Under the pieces are notes generated by a model. The model worked only from the letters and a program-made list of their open reading frames with translations. It made no database searches and had not been told where the DNA came from. A DNA stretch of 64,000 nucleotides from an uncultured Fibrobacteria bacterium (GTDB lineage: Bacteria > Fibrobacterota > Fibrobacteria > UBA11236), in contig OY970309.1 of assembly GCA_963716395.1 (NCBI GenBank), positions 3,072,001 to 3,136,000 of the forward strand, read 5' to 3'. The translations under genes were made by a program, and so were the position numbers. Below are positions 58,732 through 64,000 of the stretch, one piece after another; positions within the stretch are counted from its first letter, which is position 1, and each line of letters begins with the position of its first letter.

Positions 58732-60264
58732 TCATTTGAGCAAGGGCGCGAATTCTTTCAGCTCGCGCAGGGCTTTGAGATCGTCATCGTCCATCAGGCA
58801 GGCCACGTCGTCGAATCCCTGCTCCAGGGCGGCGCGCAGCGATGTCCAGGCGTCGTCGAGGTTGCCGGCGCGGCATTGGCAGCAGGCCAGGTTGTAGAGC
58901 AAGTCCGGATGTTGGGGATGGTGTTCAAGGGCCTTTTGCAATACCAGAATGGCGTCGCCGGCTTCGCCCTGCGCGGCCGACAGGGCCGCCAATTGCAGGC
59001 TGGCTTTCACGGCGCCGGGCTGTTTTTCCAGGGCGGCGCGGTACCGGATCATGGCCAAGTCGTCGGCTCCGTTTTTCTGCAGCATGAGGCCCAGCATGGT
59101 GAAGGCGTCGGAAGCCAATTCGTCTTCTTCGGTGAGCAGCGTTTCCAACTCGGCGATGGCCTCTTTACCGCGGCCGGTTTTCCACAGACAAATGGCTTTG
59201 AAAAAGCCAATGCGGCCCAGCGGGCCGATGAAGCGGGCGCGGGTCATGGCTTGCAGGCAAAGATCATACTCCCCCGTCTGCACCAGCAGCCCCAAAGCCC
59301 ACAACATCTCGGCCGGTAGCGGAGGCGGCACATGCACGATGACCTTCTTGGCCCAAATGCAGGCCGTTTCTTTTTCCTCCTCGAGCAGGTAAACATGCGC
59401 CATGCCCAGAAGGCTGGGAAGGTGATCGGGGCGCAAGCGCAAAGCCTCGTGCAGGGATTCGCGCGCCAGCTTCAACTCTTTGCGCTGCAAACGGACCCGG
59501 GCCAACACATAATGGTTGTCGGCCGAACGGGGATCCGACGCCAGAGCGGCTTCGGCACAGCGTTGGGCCTCCGCGTTGCGGCCCATTTCGAGATAGGCCG
59601 TGGCCAGGTTCTGCCAGGCCGCTTCGCAATTTTCATCTTTGCGCACGCACAACTCCCACCCGGCAATGGCCTCTTCGCGTGCACCGATTTGGAATAAGGT
59701 GTTGCAACGATTGAATAAGGCGTCGATGGAATCGGGAGCCGCCTGATACGCCTGGTTGAAGCGTTCCAGCGCTTCGGAATAACGGGTCTGTAAAAAGGCG
59801 ATTTGACCCAGGGCATTCCAGAACGGGGCCGGCCGGGCTTGGGAGCCCAATCCTTCTTCGCAGAGGGTTTGCGCCCGATCCAATTCTCCGGCCCGAATAT
59901 GGCAGTTAATTAGGTTGAGACGGGCGAACGCATCATCGGAGTTAAGCGCCAGGTATTCTTCGAGTATGCGTTTGGCGCTGTCGTAATCGCCCAAGAAGTA
60001 ATAGGCGTTGCCCAAATTAAGCCGGTATTCGGGCTTTTCTTTCAGCTTCAAAGCCTGTCGAAACCAGCGAATGGATTGGCGGTGGTTCTTTTCCAGTTGC
60101 GCCAATTCCCCCATGGCATTGAACCAGCGATCGTCCCGGAATCCCGACTTTTCCAATTTGAACAGGGTTTGACGCATCGCCGGCGCCAGGCCTTCGATTT
60201 TCTGGCTTTCATACAGCGCCCACAATGCCTGAGCCATGGAATCCACAACATGGCATTGTACCAT
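58732..60264 (-). CDS. Tetratricopeptide repeat protein
   Basis: Multiple canonical TPRs (NLGNAYYFLGDYDSA; WNALGQIAF; AWQNLATAY) and a terminal LYNLACC...ALEQGF...DDDLKALR module. Confidence 0.9.
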   Translation of the reverse strand: MVQCHVVDSMAQALWALYESQKIEGLAPAMRQTLFKLEKSGFRDDRWFNAMGELAQLEKNHRQSIRWFRQALKLKEKPEYRLNLGNAYYFLGDYDSAKRILEEYLALNSDDAFARLNLINCHIRAGELDRAQTLCEEGLGSQARPAPFWNALGQIAFLQTRYSEALERFNQAYQAAPDSIDALFNRCNTLFQIGAREEAIAGWELCVRKDENCEAAWQNLATAYLEMGRNAEAQRCAEAALASDPRSADNHYVLARVRLQRKELKLARESLHEALRLRPDHLPSLLGMAHVYLLEEEKETACIWAKKVIVHVPPPLPAEMLWALGLLVQTGEYDLCLQAMTRARFIGPLGRIGFFKAICLWKTGRGKEAIAELETLLTEEDELASDAFTMLGLMLQKNGADDLAMIRYRAALEKQPGAVKASLQLAALSAAQGEAGDAILVLQKALEHHPQHPDLLYNLACCQCRAGNLDDAWTSLRAALEQGFDDVACLMDDDDLKALRELKEFAPLLK

Positions 60265-60363
60265 GCCAAAGCCTCAAAAGTCTCTTGGCTTTAATGCTCT
60301 AATTTGATGGATTACAAAGACTTGAATGGCTTAGTGGCCGGGGGGTAAACGCTACGGCGGCAG

Positions 60364-60437
60364 TGGTTGGGATGCAAGGATTCGAACCTCGATAGCCAGA
60401 TCCAGAATCTGGCGTCCTGCCATTGGACGACATCCCA
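60364..60437 (-). tRNA. tRNA-Gln (anticodon CTG)
   Basis: Minus strand TGGGATGTCGTCCAATGGCAGGAC-CCAGA-TTCTGGA-TCTGG...GGTTCGAATCC...CATCCCAACCA, 74 nt. Confidence 0.97.
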
Positions 60438-60538
60438 ATGCGGGCGGGAATACTAGCAATGCGTCCCAGCGCGATAAAGATGAGGGCGCAAAAAGAAATC
60501 AAGCAATTCACCTCTTCTTCCGAGTAAATTATAGGAGA

Positions 60539-60742
60539 ATGAATTTCATCCGGGAGAGGGCGATGCCGAGCGCACCGATGAAACACCTGGACCTCAAGGA
60601 GCGCATTCCCTTTCTCAAGGGACGCCCCCATCGTGAATTACCCATCGATAAAGACGATGTTTTGAATCTTCGCATCGCGCTGGGTTTGCATCGCGACGTG
60701 TCGGAACTCTGGCAAGACCCGCATATTTTTCCGGCGGTTTGA
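60539..60742 (+). CDS. Small hypothetical protein
   Basis: Candidate RBS sequences (AGGAG, GGAGAGG) and a protein-like 67 aa ORF. The start may be 60564 or later. Confidence 0.6.
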   Translation: MNFIRERAMPSAPMKHLDLKERIPFLKGRPHRELPIDKDDVLNLRIALGLHRDVSELWQDPHIFPAV

Positions 60743-60796
60743 AGCCGTTCGGCTATATTCCCGACGCCTTTCCAAGCCCGCAAATGTTTTACAATT

Positions 60797-62686
60797 TTGC
60801 CTGCCCGGGAAGAGCGTGCGCTGCGTAGCGGTCGCCTTTCTCCGGCCGCGCACGTGTCCCGTCCCTCCTCCACCGAACGTCTGACCTTGCGGGATCGCTG
60901 GCGCTTCCTGCGTCCGTATCTCATCGATCATCGCACCGCCATTTTATGGGGCTGGATGTTCGTGATGATTTCCACCGCCCTCGATCAGGTCGATCCCTGG
61001 ATGGTGAAAATCATTTTGGATCGTCTGCAGCGCGGCGAAGCCATGCCGCGCATTCTGCAATGTCTGGGCGTGATTCTGGCCGCCACCGCCGGCTCGGCCC
61101 TGCTGCTGTACTTCCAGCGCCTCTGGGTCATCCAGGCGTCGCGCCGCATGGAATACGCTTTGCGCCGCGACTTGTTCGCCGGACTCATGGCGCAGCCCAA
61201 AGCCTTTTTCGATCGGCAAACCGTGGGCGATCTCATGTCGCGGGCCACCAACGATCTCGATCGCATCCGCGACATGGTGGGTCCCGTGGTGCTGCATCTG
61301 GCGCGCATGGGTTGTCTGCTCGTTTTCACGGCGGTGTGCATTTATTGGCTCAACCCCAAACTGTTGCTCACCGGCCTGTTGCCCTCGCTGCTCATGCCCG
61401 TCATCGCCAACGTTTTCTTGCAGCGCATGTACGCCTACTTCGGGCGCATCCAAAAAAGCCTTTCCGCGCTGAACGCCTTTGTGCAAGACACCTTGTCGGG
61501 CATGCAGGTGGTGAAGGGTTTTGGACGCGCCGAGCCCTTTGAAGAAAAATTCCAGGGCGCGTCCGAAGAACTGCGCCGCGCGTCGTTGCACGTGGCGCGC
61601 TTCAACGCCGCCATCTGGCCCGCCATCGGCGTGCTGGGAATCGTGGGCGTGGTGTTGTCGGCCTGGCTGGGGGGACGCATGGTGATTGCCGGCACCATCA
61701 CCTTGGGCACGCTTTCAGCCGCCATTCTTTACCTGCTGCGCCTGCAATTCCCCTTGGTGGGCCTGGGCTGGGTGGCGAGCATGGTGCAACGCGCCAATGT
61801 TTCCATCGACCGGCTGATTCAATTGCGAAAATCCTTTTTGACTCCCTGGAATCCCGCGCATATCGCCCCGCCGGAATCGGGCGTTACGCAGGGCACGGTG
61901 ACCGCGCCGGCGCGGCTCGCGGGAAGCGGGGCCGCCGAGTTTCACACGCTGGAACTGCGCGATCTGGAATTTGCCTATGACGGAAAAACGCGCGTGCTGT
62001 CGGACATTTCCTTCACGCTCCGGCGCGGAGGATCGCTGGGAATCGTGGGGCCGACCGGCGCCGGTAAAACCACCTTGATGCACCTTTTGTGTGGCCTGTA
62101 TCATCCGCGGGCCGGCCAGTTGTTTCTCAACGGCCATGCCCGCGAAGACATCGCCGACGAAGAGTGGCGCGGGTATTTCAGTTACGCGCCTCAAGACGGT
62201 TTTCTCTTCTCCACCACCATTCGCGAAAACATCCTCTTCGGCGGCGGCGAAACTCCGCTGCACACCGCGGAAACCGCGGCCGAATGGTCGGGCCTGGCGC
62301 GCGACCTGCCGCAATTTCCGCACGGGTATGCCAGCATGCTGGGGGAAAAAGGCATCAACCTCAGCGGCGGCCAGCGGCAACGGGTGGGTCTGGCGCGCGC
62401 TCTGCTGGCCCCGGCACCGGTGCTGTGCCTCGACGACACCTTGTCAGCGTTGGATGCGGAAACCGAGGAAGTGGTGCTCGACAATTTGCGCGGCCTGTTC
62501 CGGGAACGCTGTTTGATCATCGCGGCCCATCGCTATTCGGCGGTGATGCATTGCGAACGCATTCTCTATCTCGATCACGGCCGCATCCTTGAACAAGGCA
62601 CGCATGAAGAATTGCTGAGCCGGGGGGGAGCGTACGCGTCGGTGTGGGAAAAGCAGCGCCTGTCGGAAAGTCTGGAGCAGGCCTGA
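60797..62686 (+). CDS. ABC exporter, fused permease/ATPase (MdlA-like)
   Basis: GDLMSRATNDL TM domain, GPTGAGKTT, LSGGQRQR, CLDDTLSALD. Start uncertain. Confidence 0.93.
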   Translation: MPAREERALRSGRLSPAAHVSRPSSTERLTLRDRWRFLRPYLIDHRTAILWGWMFVMISTALDQVDPWMVKIILDRLQRGEAMPRILQCLGVILAATAGSALLLYFQRLWVIQASRRMEYALRRDLFAGLMAQPKAFFDRQTVGDLMSRATNDLDRIRDMVGPVVLHLARMGCLLVFTAVCIYWLNPKLLLTGLLPSLLMPVIANVFLQRMYAYFGRIQKSLSALNAFVQDTLSGMQVVKGFGRAEPFEEKFQGASEELRRASLHVARFNAAIWPAIGVLGIVGVVLSAWLGGRMVIAGTITLGTLSAAILYLLRLQFPLVGLGWVASMVQRANVSIDRLIQLRKSFLTPWNPAHIAPPESGVTQGTVTAPARLAGSGAAEFHTLELRDLEFAYDGKTRVLSDISFTLRRGGSLGIVGPTGAGKTTLMHLLCGLYHPRAGQLFLNGHAREDIADEEWRGYFSYAPQDGFLFSTTIRENILFGGGETPLHTAETAAEWSGLARDLPQFPHGYASMLGEKGINLSGGQRQRVGLARALLAPAPVLCLDDTLSALDAETEEVVLDNLRGLFRERCLIIAAHRYSAVMHCERILYLDHGRILEQGTHEELLSRGGAYASVWEKQRLSESLEQA

Positions 62687-62722
62687 TGTCCGGTCATTAT
62701 CTCGCGGCGCCGGGGAGATTCC

Positions 62723-64000
62723 ATGGCTGACGCCTATTTGCACGAAGACAAGGTCGCGTCCTTCTTGGACCGCCGGCTCTGGCTGCGGATTTTCGGTTTA
62801 CTCCGGGGTAAAAAAAAGCTGGCGTTGATTTCTTTTTTTCTCCTGATCACTTCGGAAATGCTGCCCCTGTTTCAACCGCGTCTGCTCAAGGGCATGATCG
62901 ACGGACCCATTCTTCACCGGCGCGTGGGCGGCATCACGCCCTATCTACTTGGGTTCGCAGTGTTGACCTTGGTGTCGGGACTGATGGAATACGCCCGCGC
63001 CCTGGCCAGCCAGAAGTTGGGAGTCGACATCATCCATCAATTGCGGGTGCGTCTGTTCCATAAGCTGCAGGGCTTTCACATGGATTTTTTTCACCGCACG
63101 CCGGTGGGCCGCCTCATGACCCGGCTGGGCAACGACATCGACAGCCTGAACAGCATGTTCACCGAAGGCCTGATCGAATTGATCGGCGCGGTACTCCTCA
63201 TCATTTATGCCGTCGGGTTCATGGTGGTGCTCGACTGGCGCCTGGCGCTGGCGTCGCTGGCCGTGCTGCCTTTCATGGTGGTGGCCACTTCGGTTTTCCG
63301 CGTCAAGGTGCGGCAAAGCAATACGCTCATCCGCAAATATCTGGCCGAATTGAATTCCATCATGCAGGAATCACTGTCGGGGGTGCACATCGTGCGCATC
63401 TTCGGGCGCGCGCAAGATATGGAAAATCGCTTTGACCGGGTGAACCGCGACACGCGCGATGCCTGGCTCGACAACGTGCGCTACTATGCGCTCTATTTCC
63501 CCTCCATTAACAGCCTCACCGAATTTTCCCTGATGCTGCTGTACCTCTGCGGCGCCTATTACTTCTACGGGGGCAGAACTACGTTGGGAACTTTGGTCGC
63601 CTTCTCCTGGTACACGGGCATGTTCTTCCGGCCGTTGCGTGACATTTCGGATAAGGTGACGGCGCTGCAAACCGCCCTGGCCGCATCCGAACGCGTTTTC
63701 ACGCTTTATGACACCGAAGCCAGTCTGCCGGCCGGCACCTTTACCGATTTGCCCGTGCCCTTTCGCCTGCGTTTCGATCGGGTCTCCTTCGCCTACCCCG
63801 GCGGGCCCGAAGTGTTGCGCGAGGTTTCCTTCGCCATTCGCGAAGGCGAATCGGTGGCTCTGGTGGGAGCCACCGGCAGCGGCAAAAGCACCTTCATCTC
63901 CTTGTGCAGCAAGTTTTATTTGCCCACGCGCGGCCGCGTGCTGGTCGGCGATCGGCCCATTGAAGACTACACCGAAACTGCGCTGCATCAGCATCTAGCC
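62723..64000 (+). CDS. ABC exporter, fused permease/ATPase (MdlB-like), 3'-truncated by the window edge
   Basis: Absent from the ORF track because it has no stop in the window. GGGGAG RBS, MADAYLHEDK..., PVGRLMTRLGNDIDSL, Walker A GATGSGKST. Confidence 0.92.
   Translation, partial: MADAYLHEDKVASFLDRRLWLRIFGLLRGKKKLALISFFLLITSEMLPLFQPRLLKGMIDGPILHRRVGGITPYLLGFAVLTLVSGLMEYARALASQKLGVDIIHQLRVRLFHKLQGFHMDFFHRTPVGRLMTRLGNDIDSLNSMFTEGLIELIGAVLLIIYAVGFMVVLDWRLALASLAVLPFMVVATSVFRVKVRQSNTLIRKYLAELNSIMQESLSGVHIVRIFGRAQDMENRFDRVNRDTRDAWLDNVRYYALYFPSINSLTEFSLMLLYLCGAYYFYGGRTTLGTLVAFSWYTGMFFRPLRDISDKVTALQTALAASERVFTLYDTEASLPAGTFTDLPVPFRLRFDRVSFAYPGGPEVLREVSFAIREGESVALVGATGSGKSTFISLCSKFYLPTRGRVLVGDRPIEDYTETALHQHLA

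Overview
Gene-dense, GC-rich chromosomal window from a diderm bacterium. Gene content and style suggest the FCB group, possibly Fibrobacterota; this is inference only. Housekeeping genes: ispG, rfbC, pssA, gpmI, gcvT, ftsK, thiC with a TPP riboswitch, yebC-ruvC-ruvA and ruvB, tRNA-Ala(CGC) and tRNA-Gln(CTG). Other recognisable loci: a TetR-TolC-HlyD-ABC efflux operon, a two-component system, a sigma-54 activator, and paired ABC exporters running off the right edge. No integrase, transposase or CRISPR array was seen. Most interesting: (1) a 9.5 kb envelope cluster (HTH protein, two paralogous barrel-like proteins, two giant TPR proteins, a small CglF/GltF-like protein) resembling Agl-Glt machinery, divergent from a TsaP-like gene with a decayed LysM; (2) a monoheme cytochrome-porin fusion of Cyc2-like architecture behind a c-type cytochrome; (3) two VapC toxin-antitoxin pairs inserted antisense between ruvA and ruvB; (4) many apparently leaderless genes and a probable ATT start codon; (5) a shared C-terminal motif on two secreted carbohydrate-related proteins. 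Many start codons were moved from the supplied ORF track using RBS, promoter and gene-overlap evidence. No database searches were run; family calls come from motif recognition.
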